Counted from the first letter of the stretch, positions 37,673 to 52,400 are shown. The stretch is DNA of 64,000 nt from Cystobasidiomycetes sp. EMM_F5 (GCA_051047955.1 JBPGPT010000026.1:62001-126000); one strand, 5' to 3'. A program made the numbers and translations. Notes: generated by a model from the letters alone, not told the origin.

Positions 37673-39432
37673 ATGACTGCCGCTGCCCGTTCTGCTCACC
37701 TCGCTCGTTCACTTATGAGAACCCCTATACTCACACCTCGTCGGCTACGAGGGTATGCAGCTGCTCGTCCGCTGAGCTCGTCCAGTCCCATACTGCGGTA
37801 TCGCTCTCTCCCGGGCGAGGGATCAAGATGTCTCTACAGCCGCTCGTACGCTACGCAGGGGTCAACACCGACAGGAGATACGGTTAGTAAAAGCAATCCT
37901 TGTAGTGCTGCTCAGACCGGCCATATCGCTCACTCGCTGAATTGTGACGCGAATGCTCTGTCGTTGCAGGCTTCTTCAAACGCAGCACCTCTCTGCAAAA
38001 CTCCCTTGTATGACCTACACGTCGAGCGGAAAGCGAAACTGGTCCCCTTTGCAGGCTACGAGATGCCACTTACGTATCAAGATGGCGGACAGCGTAGGGA
38101 ATATGCTATACCCGTCTCTAGCCTACTCTGACCCATTCTCCAACGCTCAGTCAAAGAACATGCCGAAGTACGTAACGCAGCAGGTCTGTTTGATGTTTCC
38201 CACATGGTGCAGAGCGTGTGCGTGCTCAGTACATCGTGTTCGGTCACTCGCTGAACACGTCATTGCAGCGTCGAAGGTGACGGAGCTACCAAATTTATGG
38301 AGTACCTGCTTCCCGCCTCGCTAGATTCCCTTTTATTGGGCGAGAGCAGCAACAGCGACTTCAAGAATACATCGAGCGTCGAAGGGCCCTTCCTCAGCAG
38401 CCTGAGCGTCATGCTAAACGAAAACGGCGGGATCATCGACGACTTGCTAGTCACTCGACAAGGCCAGGACAAGTATAGTTGTGTGTCTTGAGCCGGCTGC
38501 TGCATGCTAAGTGTGTTATACATTCCAGATACTATGTTGTCACGAATGCAGGTAGACGTGAAGAGGACTCCAAGCATATGCATGCAGCCCTACAGGAGTT
38601 CAACAGTCGCAATGCTACCCAGGTTACACTGAAGACTCTAGAGAACCAAGGTTTACTCGCACTTCAAGGTACGTAATGTAAACAGGCGAACGATAACAGT
38701 CTAAATGCTGCTTCAGGTCCCAAGTCTGCATCAGTGCTGCAATCGCTCATCGAAGACGGAGTAGACCTTTCCAAACTCTACTTTGGACGATCCATCTTTG
38801 CCAATCTCAATCTACCTGGAAGTGGTCAACAGGTTCGAGTGCATATTGCTCGAGGTGGATATACCGGCGAGGACGGCTTTGAGATTTCTGTCGACGAAGC
38901 CTCGTCGATACCCGTCGCAAAGGCTCTTTTGGATGGACCAGAACCTGTCCGCTTGATTGGACTCGCTGCACGAGATTCGCTTCGACTTGAGGCGGGGATG
39001 TGCTTATACGGCAACGATCTAACGGAGGATGTTGGACCTTTCGAAGCGAGTCTGGCGTGGGTTGTCGGATCCGACCGTCGTAGTGGCTCGAAAGCGTCGT
39101 TTATTGGCGCTAAACCCACACTTGAAGCGATTGCCTCCAAGAAATCGCCAACGAAGAGAGTGGGCTTGCTTATTGAAGCTGGACCGTCAGCTCGTGAAGG
39201 AACGCGGGTGTACGCGAAAGGGTCGGGAGAGAGTGACGAGCCCATCGGATCTATCTCGTCCGGTATACCCAGCCCGACGCTGAAGCAAAATATCGCAATG
39301 GCGTACGTCAAGTGGGGCCATCACAAGATTGGAACAGAGTTGGAAGTGCGCTTGAGAAACAAGACAAAGCAGGCCAAAGTCGTCAGTATGCCATTCGTAC
39401 CGTCGAATTATCATAGAGCGCCTAAAGCGTAG
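37673..39432 (+). CDS. GCV1: Glycine cleavage system T protein (aminomethyltransferase), mitochondrial
   Basis: KTPLYDLH..VPFAGYEMPL, GLFDVSHM, GGIIDD, RGGYTGEDGFEIS, GLAARDSLRLEAGMCLYG, SPTL. Confidence 0.96.
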
Positions 39433-39626
39433 CGAATACGCATCTCATGTTAGTCACCGAGCTCGGTCGTTGCGCTGATGAAATTACTGCACTTGTGCCG
39501 CTTGATTGTATGCTGCAGTGGCGGATTGCGCAAGCGTACTTGAGTCTTGAAGCTGCCTTGCATCGCATCTTCAACGAGCACACGCGACAATCTTGCCGGC
39601 TCATACACTCTTATTGAAGTACTGCC

Positions 39627-40197
39627 ATGGCACCAGCCGACACCAAGGACAAGTCCAAGCAGGGCGAGGGGACATCAGCCCAAGCTGGAACATCGACGAC
39701 GACGACGACGACAGCGGCCGCCGACGATGCAAAGAAGACGCTGCCTCAGCTGGGAGCGCTAGAGGAGGACGACGAGTTTGAGGAGGTGGGATACATTGAT
39801 TCTGTGTCTATGCAAGGGCCGAGATGCTGACGGTTGCAGTGAACTTGGCTGCAGTTCGAAGCTGAAGGTGCCGTCGTGATGACGGAGTGGAAAAATGGGC
39901 TAGGGCAGAGCTGACTCTGCATCGTCGAATGGGCTACAGACTGGGATGATTCAGAAACGATGGAAGCAGCCGACAAGGCAGCGCTGGCCAGCCAGGGTGG
40001 AAACTCACAGGATCTCTGGGAGGACAACTGGGACGACGATGATATCGAGGACGAGTTCAGCGTGCAGTTGAGGTGAGTGCGGTCGGTATCGTGGACGGGC
40101 GGTACAGCTGAGCGTAGCATTGCCTTGCTCCATGGCCCACAGGAAAGCTATTACTGAACATCACAACGGACCCGAACAGCAAATGACTACGGCGTGA
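39627..40197 (+). CDS. SEM1: 26S proteasome subunit Sem1/Dss1
   Basis: LGALEEDDEFEE|FEAE|DWDD, LWEDNWDDDDIEDEFSVQLR. Includes a 13-nt exon at 39855-39867. Confidence 0.93.
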
Positions 40198-40638
40198 ATG
40201 AAAGGCAAGCGGACTATGGTGCACTCGGCGATGCTGGAGCCAGAACGGGCAGACCGCGCGACCGAGGTCCCCACTACTGCTTCATCAGTAAAATGGTTGT
40301 TCGAGACATGATCATCACCATAGCGCACCCGTTGCTGCTGGCAGAAGGAAGATGCACTACATTTCAGGTGTGTCACGATATTGCGACTGCGCGTCTCGTT
40401 GTCCATTTAGCCAACCAGCCATCTGTGCCGGCAATCTGCACAAAGGCAAGCCATTGATCATATGTGCCGGCCTTGCAACTTGTCCAAACGACACCGAGGC
40501 TGCGATAAATCAGAAGTCTGAACTTGTGAAACTGCTGGCGCAGTCCCCGTCTAGCCCGTCGTAGTGGACGGCTGCACGAGAAGCCACGTCTGAGTCGGAT
40601 ATCGTCAGTCTGGACCACAATCATCAAACCGGCCAGCG

Positions 40639-40811
40639 ATGCAACGGCGTCCAGCTCCGTCCGTGGGCAACGCGGCATCGCTCTTTGGGGCTACATCGTC
40701 GCCGTCGCCAGCAACAACGCCGACGCCCGTGGACGGCGAATCCAACGCGGTCGCAGCTGGGACTGGCGACTTCTTTTCGAGCAAGCCGCAGCAGCACCAC
40801 GGCCAGCGCGT

Positions 40812-40851
<40 letters not shown>

Positions 40852-43800
40852 CAGCCTGCCATGTCCAGTGCAGCAGAGTCGGATGAGACCACGGCAAACC
40901 TCTTTGGGGACGACAGTTCCGGCCAGAGCTGGCTAGGCGGGTCGCTTGGAAACGATGCTCCTCAGCTACACCACCAGAATCAGTACCCAGACGCGCAGCA
41001 GTACGACTGGAGTGCTGCTCAGCAGCCGCAGGTCGACAGTGCCTCGTACGCCAATGCCGGAACCTATCAGGAACAGTACGCAACCTACGATGCACCAACT
41101 ACGACTTACTTCGGACAGCAATACTCGTCGCAGCATCAGCAGGATCAGAGTTTGTACTACGATCCCGCCGCTCAGCAACAGTATCAGCAAGGCTTGCAGG
41201 CTCAAGCGCATTCGGCTGGTCCATCGAGCTCGTCGGGGTCATACACGAATGAGCAAGGGATGCAATATCAGCATAATGGATATGCAGATGCGTACGCGGG
41301 ACAACAGACCAACTATCAGCCGTATCAGTCGGAGACTCCATATCAATATCAACAACCCAGCAGCCAGTATGCACCGTACGGCAATCAGCAGCAATCGTCC
41401 TACGTTCCTCACTCGTACCAGAATCAACCTCAAAGTGCATACGCAACTTCTGCAACTCTAACACAGCCACATAACTCATCGCAGCCGTATTCTGCTCCAG
41501 CGGCTGCCGCGTTTTCACCTCAAATGTCAAACGCGCAAAGTGGATACAGCCAATATACGAACTCCCCTCAACAAGCGGCAGCCCACTCTGGTACATACTC
41601 TGATGCGTACGACCCTTATGCACCACCACCCGTGAATGCGATTGCGCCAGAACGAAATAATCAGCAACCGCGCTTGTCGCATGCCAAAACGACGGCAAAT
41701 CTATCTTCAAACACGACTGGCTATGCATCTCCCCAATATGCTTCTCCACCTACTCTGCATCACGCGAATTCCTTTGCACCTCAAACGACCTCTGCACACC
41801 CGGTCCAAGCAGTCGCAGCACAAGAAAAGACACTGAACAGATCCAAATCTTCTTTTTTTGCAGATCTACCGCCTATGCCACAGCCGAGATCGCGACCGTC
41901 GACGGCCATGTTGCGAAACGCATCGTCGTCACAAGGCAGTTTGCCTCAGATGGCAGACGCAGCGAAAAGTGCACCTTCTCCTCTACCGCCACCCCCGCCT
42001 AAAAGCCGAACACCGTCAGGCTGGGCGAGCAGTGCATCGCAGACAAGTCAGCAGTCGACTGTACCTCGGCCTAGTTCAGTCATTTCAAACACGTCACATT
42101 ATGGATCTTCTGGGCGTCCGCCGTCCCGAGGACCATTGCGACAGTCATCCTCGCGAGTCACTTCACCGATTATGTCGGCAGGCAGTAGGGTCTTCTCTCC
42201 TCCGCTGCCCAGCACGGTTGCAGTCGAGCAGGGTGCAGCGCATTCGAATTACGGCCAAGCCCCATATTTTACGCAAACTGAGTATGAACAGCAGAGTGTG
42301 CCTGCGCAACAGTCATATACTGCTGGACCAAATCAGTATAGTCCATCACCCCATCAATCAGACGAACGACATCCTGGACAGCCACAGCAGCCTGTTCGCC
42401 AATACAGTGCTCACGCACCTGGACCTCCCGTACAGGAACATTCTGTATCACGGGCTGCCGCGAATGGTTCCCGGTATACGCCGACGTCTCCACTTGCAAG
42501 TCCGCAGATGTACAATAATCGGGTACTTGCCTCGCCCCCGCCTGGGCAAGGGTACGCTCCCATTCAACGGCCTTCCATCGATGGCGTCATGAGCCAATCA
42601 ATCATGCCCCAGCCAAACGGAAGAGAATCTCATGTGTCAACTAATCCGCCATACCCGAACCAGCAGAGCGGTCATTCGCCTTTGGGCCATCAGGGACCGC
42701 TGCTCATGCAGACAAATGCACACTTGGACGCTGAACAATTTCTAGTCAAGTCGCAGCCCGCACACTCGCCAGGACCCGTTTCGCCGAGGACAGGTCACGC
42801 GGAGATACATCGAAACCATTCGCCTATTCGTCCCGCTGAGCTTTCATACAACTCAGGTCAGGTTGTAGTACCTGCAGCTCCTACCCCATCGATAACGAGA
42901 CCGTCGTCCGCGACTACGACGGATGCTTCACAGACGCCTGCGGTACCAGCAGTAAATTCCATGCCCAGCCAAAATGATGCTACGCCCGCTGGCAGCGCTT
43001 CCGCAACACAAGCGTCCAGCCGGAGTGTTACGCCAGTACGCTCTGCCGCGTCGGCCTTCCCTCCGACTGTAGCTTCTCCTGTTGTGCCACAACAGGCGCC
43101 AACACTCACTCAGTCACGAGGCCCGTCACTGTTGTCAAAAGAGCGGCAACATCCTGATGCGGATATGGAGAACTTATCTGCTTCTTTGCAGGCGACGAAG
43201 CTTGGGACCGCGGTTCCGCCAGCGCAGTCCGCCCGGCCGACGCGAATGTCAGCAGCTCAAGCGACGCAACCTCTCGAGCCTGCAACGCCAGTGAAGCCTC
43301 TATTTGTACCCGCTCTTAACGTGACCGCCCCTAGCCCGGTGAATGAAAAGCAGCAATCTGCTCTATTTGAGACGGATAGCACGGTCATAGATCATCAGCC
43401 ACAAAACTCGATGCAGGAAATGGACCTGGAATCTGCCGAAGACGCCTGGAATTTGGACGAGGATTTGAACATTTCGGCGCCGCCCTCACCTGCCGTTCAG
43501 CGAACACAGCCAGCAGCAGTCAAACGCGAGTCGCCTGTGCCTTTCAAGATTGGCAATATGGCACCTGCATCATCCAGCGCGCAGGTCAGTGCGAGCTCCA
43601 CCGACACAGCAGACGTCGGCATCGACTCGGACTCAGCGAACACTTGGGATATTCCCGAGGTCGGTACTGAGGCAGACGCATGGGGTCTCGATGACGACTT
43701 GCTGCCTGAAGAGTCGGTGCCGCAGCCGGACATTCTGTCGCAGCCCGCAAGTCATGAAGGCTCTGCGCTCCACACGGCAGTGGAGCCTGGTCTGCAATAC

Positions 43801-46800
43801 TCGCCTTCAATCCGTGCAGGCGTGCCACCAATTAAGCAAGAAGTCGTGGATGAGCCAGTCTCCAATCAGCAAGCTCAGCCTGCCTCGTCGACGTCCCATT
43901 CTGTCGGAATCTACGGGGGAATCCACGTCAAGGAAGAGGAGACTGATGAAGTCTTTCCTTCGTCAAGGCCGTATGTACCGCCAGTGCTCTCTTCAGATCC
44001 AGAGTTGGAGCCAAAAATGGAAGAATCCGAGAGTCTATCTCCGAATCCTCAAGCCATGCGAGTTTATGAGCACGACCATACTGCTAAACAAGAAGTTGGA
44101 AATTCCATGGGCAAAACTCAGGAGTCCAGTACTGAGAAGCCAACATGGGTTCCATCATCTTTGGGCGCCCTAGAAATACAAGATGGTGCACATACTTCTT
44201 TCCCGATCGCCGAGCAAGAGTTCGAGAGACGCTACATTGCTGACGGAGACTTGGAGACTGAAACAGAAATGCTGCAAGGTCCGTATGAGCAAGCCACGGG
44301 GGCAAACGAAGATGGCAGTAAGATGCAGTCCGGTAAGTCAAATTTATCTTAAACGCAACAATGCGCTATAGTTCAACTGAATAATTCGTACAGTCTATGG
44401 ATACTCGCAACCTCAAGACGATCACTATGTGCCGCAAAGTGCCTCCACCTTAACGAAAGAGCCAATGCTGTACGACGAGACTTCGTATGCCAGCCATCAA
44501 CTGTCCCACTCGATGTATCAGCCTGACTACACCCAATATCACCCGCAAACCGAGCCATCGGCGCAGTCAACAGTGTACAACTCAGCCTCTGCATCGGACG
44601 ATATACCGTATGGCGTGCAGAGGAACGATCATAGCGCAGAAGTTCATCAGTATCCACAACAAACTTACCAGGCTCCTATGTCAGATCTCACTGGCTATTC
44701 TCGAGACGTTCCACGCTCGCCGTACGACTCAGGCTATGGTGCTCCTGATGCTATCGCGGATAGAAGTTATGGATTTGCTACTAATGCTGCGAATCATGCG
44801 GGTCCGCAATATGGATATAGTGACAATCGACCATCTGTGTCCGATGATGCATCAGGTTATCTCCCGCACGACTTGTCACAGACAATACCATCCAATCAAT
44901 ACGTGGTAGCTTCTCAGCGTGTAGCAGATGTCCTATATGCAGATACTCGGAATCCTACACTGGAGCAGACAGTCAAAGACCCGATAGGCAACTTAGATGA
45001 TCACTCCGACAGCCCGGCTCATGGATTCCAAGCCGTCTACGATCCATACTCAGTTCCTACGGAACCGACACCAACAAAGCAGGTATCAGACGCCGGGTTG
45101 CCTAGAAGATTGGCCGATGACAGCCAACGGCCGGCAATTCCGGTAGCCAAGTTTACTTTTAATGGCAAGCTCATGACTTGCTTCCCTCAAAGCTCTTCTC
45201 AAACATCGACCTATGGAGCTCCTTATTCCGAAGCATCATCTAGCTCGGCTGCGGTCAAGCTACAGCGCATTTCAGAATTGCTACCCAACGATGCCAGCCT
45301 TCTGGAGGCCTTTCCCGGACCATTATACCAAGATCAGTCAGCATCGAGCGCCAGCGCAAAGACCAAAAAACGACGCGACGTTCTGGCCTGGCTGGATAGT
45401 CGCGTAGAAGAGGCCAATCTAACAGTCAACTACATCGGTGCCGGAGGCGATACTGCGCAAAGATATGAAGCGGAAGGTAAAGCCGTACTATTACGAGTCA
45501 TCAAGGCACTACTGGAAAACGATGGGCGGCTCCATGGCAGGTGAGCGGTTCGTGTGTCTAGGTCAGGCGCGTATCTAAAGTATGTTTATGATTTGCAACA
45601 AAGCCCCAAAATCAATGAAGCTGTACGTGATGCCTTGCTTGCCGGTTCCGCGCTACTGGATTACAGTGAAGTAAAGTCGGCAACGATGCCAACCGCGGTG
45701 GACCTGGGAAACAAGCCTGTGGCTGCTGAAACCAGTACTGTACCAAGTGCGGCAGTCTCCGGCAAAGACCTTACTGCGATACAGTCGCATCTGCTTCGCG
45801 GCGATAGAGTCTCTGCGGTCAGGTATGCTCTGGATCGTAAGCTGTGGGCGCATGCACTGGCACTTGCACATGGTGCAGACAAGGAATTACAGACTACTGT
45901 CATGAACGAATTCTTGCAGTCGGAACTCAACGCTGCCGTCTCGCCAAGCTATCCAGCGCTTAGACTGGCATACAGCATGCTTTCAGGCAGTGGCGCCGCG
46001 TCAGGTGCGTCTTCCCAACGCGAACTGCTGTGTGCCGCAGACTGAATCTGCTGTTGTATAGTGCGGGACTTTCTTCCAGTGCGGCCGCTTCTGCAAGCAG
46101 CAAGTGCGGTTCCCCCTCCTGCTCTGCTCGTGCCTTCCGAGAGCGGACCTGGAATGGCAATGTCGCGTACACCTACGCCTACGCTGCCAAGTCCAATTGA
46201 ATACCCCAGCGATGTTGGAATAGATGTGCTGTGCAATTGGCGAGAGGCTGCTGCTTATATTGTCATGAATCGCCCAGTTGGCGACTCTCAAATTCTGGCT
46301 GCTTTAGGTGATTTACTTAGAGCGAATGGAGGGTTGTCAGCAGCACACACATGGTCAGTGCTCAATTTCATCCACCTTTCACGCAGCCTGAATTGCCTCT
46401 CTGCAGCTACCTCTTGTCTCCCTCTACGTCATTGTTGCAAAATGGAGGACTGCCAACCGGGCGATACTCTATTCTGGGGGTTGCTAATCCACTCATGAGT
46501 CCGACATCCGTTCTTGATATGGAAGCGATATTAGTGACAGAAATTGTCGAGTATGCATTTTCATTTGCAACCGTGCCTAAAGGACAAGAAGCGTACTCCG
46601 GTCTGCCACACTTACAGGCCTACCGCTTGTTACACGCGCGAGAGCTGGCAGGTCTGGGGCTGCATGCTCAAGCACAGAAGTACTGTGACGCGATCGGCGC
46701 AACGCTCAAACTTGCTACGAAAGGGTCGCCCCTGCTCAATGCGACGTTGCTTGGCCAGGTGAAGGAGCTGTCCGATCGATTGTCGCGTGTTGCATACAAC

Positions 46801-48240
46801 GATAAAGGCGGCTCGTGGATCTCCCGCAAAGTGCAACGTCCTACTCTCGACAACGTCTGGTCCACCCTTGAAGGTCGATTTGCTAAGTTCGTTGCGGGAG
46901 ATGAATCGCCAAATACGGCTTCTGCGTCTAGCAGGCCGACTGTGGAAGAGCCCGTCAAGGCTACCGCTGGACCATTTGCTCATTACAGCTCGATTACGCC
47001 AGCCGGACCAGACAGCATCTCTCGTGCTACCTCTGCGACTGACCTGAGTCGACAGTCACCACCTCCGCAACCGCAGCCCTCATCTGCGCCAAATACCGTC
47101 ACGAGGGGCAATAAGACCACAGGACATCATAGACGATCCTCAAGCTACAGTTATGGGCCGTATGGGGCTGAGCCGTATCCGCCGTATGTGCCACAAGTAC
47201 CCGAGATGGCGGAAGAGCCGGAACAACCTGAGTATCAGCCACAAGTCAATAACGAGCCTCATTATGGGTACGTCACGCCCCAAAATGACACTGGCTGGTG
47301 GTCTTCTGCCAATGGATCCAACGGAAACGTATCAGACCCTGCTCAGCAGGAATCGCCATTTGCGCATGGGGGCAGTTCCGGATACATGTCGACACCGATG
47401 TATTCGCCAATGGGCAACGAACAGTATGGAGGCAGCCATGAGGGCCTTATGTCACCAATGCAGATGCAAGCAACCACTCAGCATGCCGCTCCTCCCAGTC
47501 GTTTGGCGCAAGTCTCCACGCCCACAACCATCGAGGATATATACGAAGATGACCTCGGACTTGGGAATAACGCTAACAAGAAAGCCAAGCAGACCACTAC
47601 CGATGACAAAGTCCAGGACACGACAAAACCCGAGTCCACCACTGAACAATCGAAAAAGGAAGAAGATAAGAGTGAGTAGCAAAGGCGCATCAAAGAAAAC
47701 TTGCAGTTGAGCTAATACACACATGCGTTAGCCGCTGTCAAGCCACCCGAGAAGGGCAATTCATGGCTTGGACGCATCTTCCGGAGGGAGGGTGGTTCGC
47801 CTGGACCCATCAAAGCCAAGCTTGGTGAAGAGACTTCGTTCGTGTATGATCCAGTGGAGAAGCGATGGGTGAATAAGAAGGCTGGTTCCGACACACCTCC
47901 GCCCGCGCAGACTCCGCCACCGCCGCGATCTCAGACTTCGTCTCCTGCGAGTATGGGTGTGCCACCACCGTCTCGCGGAACATCTCCCGTCCCGCCCCAG
48001 ACATATGCATCTTCCACCCCTCCTCCACTTTCAAATGTCAAGACGGAGCACTCCTCGCCTCTTGCTGCTCCACCTCTAAGCACAACACCGGCCCTGCCCT
48101 CACTCGGTGCGACTCTCCCGCCGATACCCCGATCTGGCGGCTCAGAAACCCCGCTGCCGCCGCGTAAAGCAGGAGGAGCAGCTGGAGCAGGCCGAAAGAA
48201 TATTCGCTCGCGTTATGTCGATGTCCTTGGTCAGCAGTAA
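40639..48240 (+). CDS. SEC16: COPII coat assembly scaffold Sec16
   Basis: Very long disordered N-terminus, [53 protein letters not shown], ending RSRYVDV. Confidence 0.92.
40813..40848 (+). repeat. (CAG)12 microsatellite encoding polyQ in Sec16
   Basis: Pure CAG run, in frame. Confidence 0.95.
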
Positions 48241-48457
48241 TGATAGTATATAACGGCAACGCCTCTGAACGGGATGAAGCAGTCCCAATAACGAATTGTT
48301 CATGATGATGTCTACACATAGTAATGGATTGTACCAGCTAGACGTGCGATAACGGTAGTTCAATCTGATAATCCCTACTGGTGCCTGATTCAATCAGCCA
48401 CTGTGCGATTGGACCGGTTCTCTTTTGCACGCTCTGCTTCACACCAAGTCCAGCAAT

Positions 48458-49223
48458 ATGTCCTTTTCTGCAGCTCGACGACTTGGACTGAGGCTATCTG
48501 ACCGATCCAGCGCCTGGCGCACGCTCGTTCTGCCGCTAGGACCCGTTGCAGGCCGGAGTGCCACACCACCACGGGCATCGACGTCCAGGCCGCCTAGAGC
48601 GTACAAGCGAGCAGATGGGAGTGCGTTTGCGACGAGTCTGGTGGATGAACGACGAAGGAGCTTCCATTCGGGGTGCCGTCGGTGCGCAGAGGAAGCCAGT
48701 ACCCTCCCACTCGAGACGGGTGAGTCGCAGGATACCACATACGTATCGCAATATTGGTGATGTGTCGCACTTTCATAGACATCATGAACCTTCTCGATAA
48801 GAATCCAGAATTCCGGGAGGCGACAATGGCGTTTGCAGCTCGCATGAAGGACTTACTCGGTCTCGACATTGCGTAAGGGAGCTGCATTTTGTAAGGCGTA
48901 TGTATGACTAACAAGTATAATACCGATATCCTTCGTGCGACGTGTCGTCCTGTCTCTACGTGCAGGAACGGGCAAATGCCAGGCCCGAAGGACATGTTGG
49001 CGCTAGCCGGGGACAGCGAATTGCGGACTCTGGCAACTCGGTGCGTAGAACAAGGACGTTGCACCGTCAAGTATCGCTGACGTTGCGCCGCTCTCCGTGT
49101 ACATGTGCAATCGCACTCGGTCACAGTGTAATGACGATTTTGACGGAATCAAACATCAATATTTCAGAAGACTCGGTCAGGCAGATCTACGGGATGCTCA
49201 TGTCTGGGCAGCTCAAGCGCTAG
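48458..49223 (+). CDS. Uncharacterised small protein, probably mitochondrial (4 exons)
   Basis: Arg/Ser-rich presequence ending RRSFHSG..R. Three canonical introns join in frame to DIMNLLDKNPEFREATMAFAARMKDLLGLDIANGQMPGPKDMLALAGDSELRTLATRVMTILTESNINIS...KR*. Confidence 0.7.
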
Positions 49224-49480
49224 GAGTAGGTGGAGTAGAAGACCGGAGATGGGTTACAGTAACGTATGTAGCATAAAGATCGGCCTCGAGCATGGCTTTG
49301 CACACTCTGAATGAGCAGATACCAGCCGACTCGAGTGTGCGATTGTATCATATCCGTGTGCCGTGCTTGCTCCACTGCTTGTTTTGCAGAAATTTAGAGG
49401 GGGAGACCTTGACCGGAAGTGACCATAGGCCGTCAAAATTGGCCTACAGCGTTACTCGCAACCGACTCCAGAGGCCCGCC

Positions 49481-52400
49481 ATGCCATCAGCATCGCAGGC
49501 AGCAAAGAACAAGAAGAAGAAGCTCAAAAAGCAGCAGCAGGCCAAAGAACTGTCGCAGCAGCAGGGAAACACGGGAAATGCAGCTGGAAAACGGGCAGCA
49601 GCTGCAGCAGCGGCAGCAGCAGCGCAGGAAATGGACGACGACCAGTTCTTGGATGCTGCCCAGGCTCAGGCAAACCTCGAAAGGCTGAGACTGGCCCAGG
49701 CGAGAGCAGCGGCGGCGGATGAGCTGTACGACGAGGACGACTTGGACGAAACCGAAGACGACGATGAGCCCGACGACGAGCGAGAGCTGGACGACAATGA
49801 CGGAGGCCTAGACTACCTCAGCGACGGCCAGGACGCTGGGCACCGTCACCAGCCAGCAGCGACCGCCGTCCGAGGGCGAAGTAGTCTGGATCCGCAGGAG
49901 GATTACATCGACGACGAGCGAGTGTACCGCCAGCAGCAGCAAACGCAGCGTAGTCGGATGGCCAGCGCGGGAGCTGCGTCAAGTCCCCTCGCCCACGCTC
50001 CTCCACCGCACACTGCGAGCAGCGCAGATTTGCTCGGTACGGCAAACGACCTGTACAAGCAGATTGAGAGCGCAGCAGCAGCGGCACTCTCTGGTCACTT
50101 TTCCATTCCGCCCTCGTCTACCCATCCGGGCACTCTGTCGCCCGCGACGCAGCAGCAGCTCGCCCAGACTGGCATGATGACTGGCGAAGAAGACGACGCC
50201 TACTGGCTGTCTCTGCCTTCGCATCTGCGCTCATTCATCAGATCTGCTCTCCCTCTGGCTGCAGGACTGTCCAACCAAGCCAACGCAATGAGCGAACGGG
50301 CAGCCGGCGGACAGAGTGCCAATGGCAGTCCCATCAATTTCGCAACGGCTGGCCTACGAGACGGATTGACCGCTGCAAGCGCGGCAGCCGACGTCATGAA
50401 TAGCTCACTCCCCGGCCAGCTCAACCTCACACCAGACCAGATGGCGGCCGCGGCCGCGCAATTGGCTCAAGTCGTGCAGAACGGGTGGCAGAGTACCCTG
50501 AGCAAGGAACCAGCTCATAGAGGCAGCAACGGGCAAAATCACTCTACGATGACTTCTCAAACGTCTGGAAATACAACGACTACCACGACAACCATCCCGC
50601 TAGGCGCTTTTGCTCTCCCTTTACCGCTTCACCCCCACCCAGACTCGCCGGAAGCCGCAGCAGCGTTCCAAGCAGCGACAAATGCGGCCGCTCAAGCTGC
50701 TGGCATGACATCGCTTGGTCCTAATTCAGCTCAAGCCAACGCTCCCTTTCCTTCACTTGCCAGCTTGCAGCAATCCTTGCAGACCTTGGCCAGCATGCAC
50801 GGAGGGCTCCCTCCTGTGAATTATGGAACAAATACCACACCGCACAGTCAACAACAGCAATTGCAGCAAGCGCATTTTCAGCAGCAGGCCCCTATCGCAC
50901 CATCGAACGGTGGCGATGGCCTGGACGATGTGATTCCAGGAGAAAGCAAGTCTGCAAGAAAGAAGCGAAAGAAGCAATTGGCAGCTGCTGTGCAAGCAAA
51001 GGCAGAGGGGATGGTCATTTTGCAGCAGCAGCAGCTGGCCTTTGAGCAATTTCAGAGGGAAGAACGCCAGCGGGAACAGCAGCAGCAGCAGCAGCAGCAA
51101 CAACAGATTCAACAACATCAACAGGCACAACAGCAACCCCAACAGCAGCCGCAGCCGCAGAGGCCAGGTTTGCCGCCTATAAACCTGCCGCTCCCGCCGG
51201 CGCCTTCCACGAATGGAGTAGTAAGCTTTTGTTCATACGGTAGTTTGCCCCTATGACTGACATTTTATACGACAGGCTGAGGTGCGACCAGTTCCAAAGA
51301 TGCCTCCACCCCCAACAGCCAGAGCTGCCAATGCGAAGGGTGCAGCAGCGCCTCAAACAGCTACCGCTCTTCCACCGAGAAGTGTTCCTCCACCAACATC
51401 TGCACCACCTCCTACGCCCACCATGAAGCAGACTGTAGCGGCAGGCAAACAGCCGCAGACAGCAAGACCGTCCAAGCCGCTGCCCGCGCCAGACGCTGCT
51501 CAGACCGCCCAGACAAATGCAGCTAGACAGCGACCTGCTCAAGCTCCATTGAACAATAATAATCCAATCTCTCCTCCGCCAGCTCAAAAGCCTCTATCGG
51601 CCGTAGCTAGCGGTAAGAGACCTTTGGTCGCCACGAAATCGGCAGTGCCTGTCGTGCCGTCAGCTCCAGCGAAATCTGTCACCGGCAATACGGTTCAGAA
51701 TCCACCTGCGCCGCCCGCTGCCGCACCTATTACAAATGCTGGGAAGCGGGCCGTCAATAACGCACGCAACGACGTGGCGGCACAGCAATCTCCCGCTGCG
51801 GCGACGTCACCAGCGGTAGCAACAGCTGCTTCTGCGGTTGCTGGATCGTCACTACTGAACCCAGCAGCTGCTGGAGAGCGTGAGAAGATTCGTGAATTTT
51901 GGCTTGGGCTGAATGAGAATGATCGACGCAGCCTAGTCAAGGTTGAGAAGGACGCAGTCTTGCGCAAGATGAAGGAACAGCAACGACATGGTTGTACATG
52001 TGCTGTTTGCGGGCGGAAACGTCAGGCTATCGAAGTTGAGCTGGAGGTTTTGTACGATGCGTACTATGATGAGCTGGAGAGCTACGCAAATCATCAAGCA
52101 GAGTATCGCAAGTCTGGCGGTACGATTCCTCCCCCGGCTGGCCCAGGGCCTTTTCCTGGTAGCGTCGACGTGGAAAGGCTGCTGCCAGCGCCCGCAACTG
52201 TACCAACGACTGCGAAGCCTGCTGCGACTGCTGCCGGCAAGAAACAACTCCCGCCGCCCACGTCTGGACGCGGTGCTGCCAAAACGCCTGCTCAGCCACA
52301 GCCTCCTGTTAACAAAACGACAGCAAAGGCCAAAGATCCACATCATACGCATAGTCCTTCGTGTCCACACTATCCTCATACACATAATCATCCGCATCAT

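Noticed and set aside
16554..48240. Trafficking gene cluster (beta-adaptin, SEC12, SFT2, SEC16)
   Set aside because: Interspersed with unrelated genes. This density is plausible by chance without synteny data.
49292..49480. In-frame upstream extension of NST1 in the ORF track
   Set aside because: Composition is unlike the rest of the protein and it begins only 68 nt after the previous gene's stop. ATG 49481 has a good GCCATG context.
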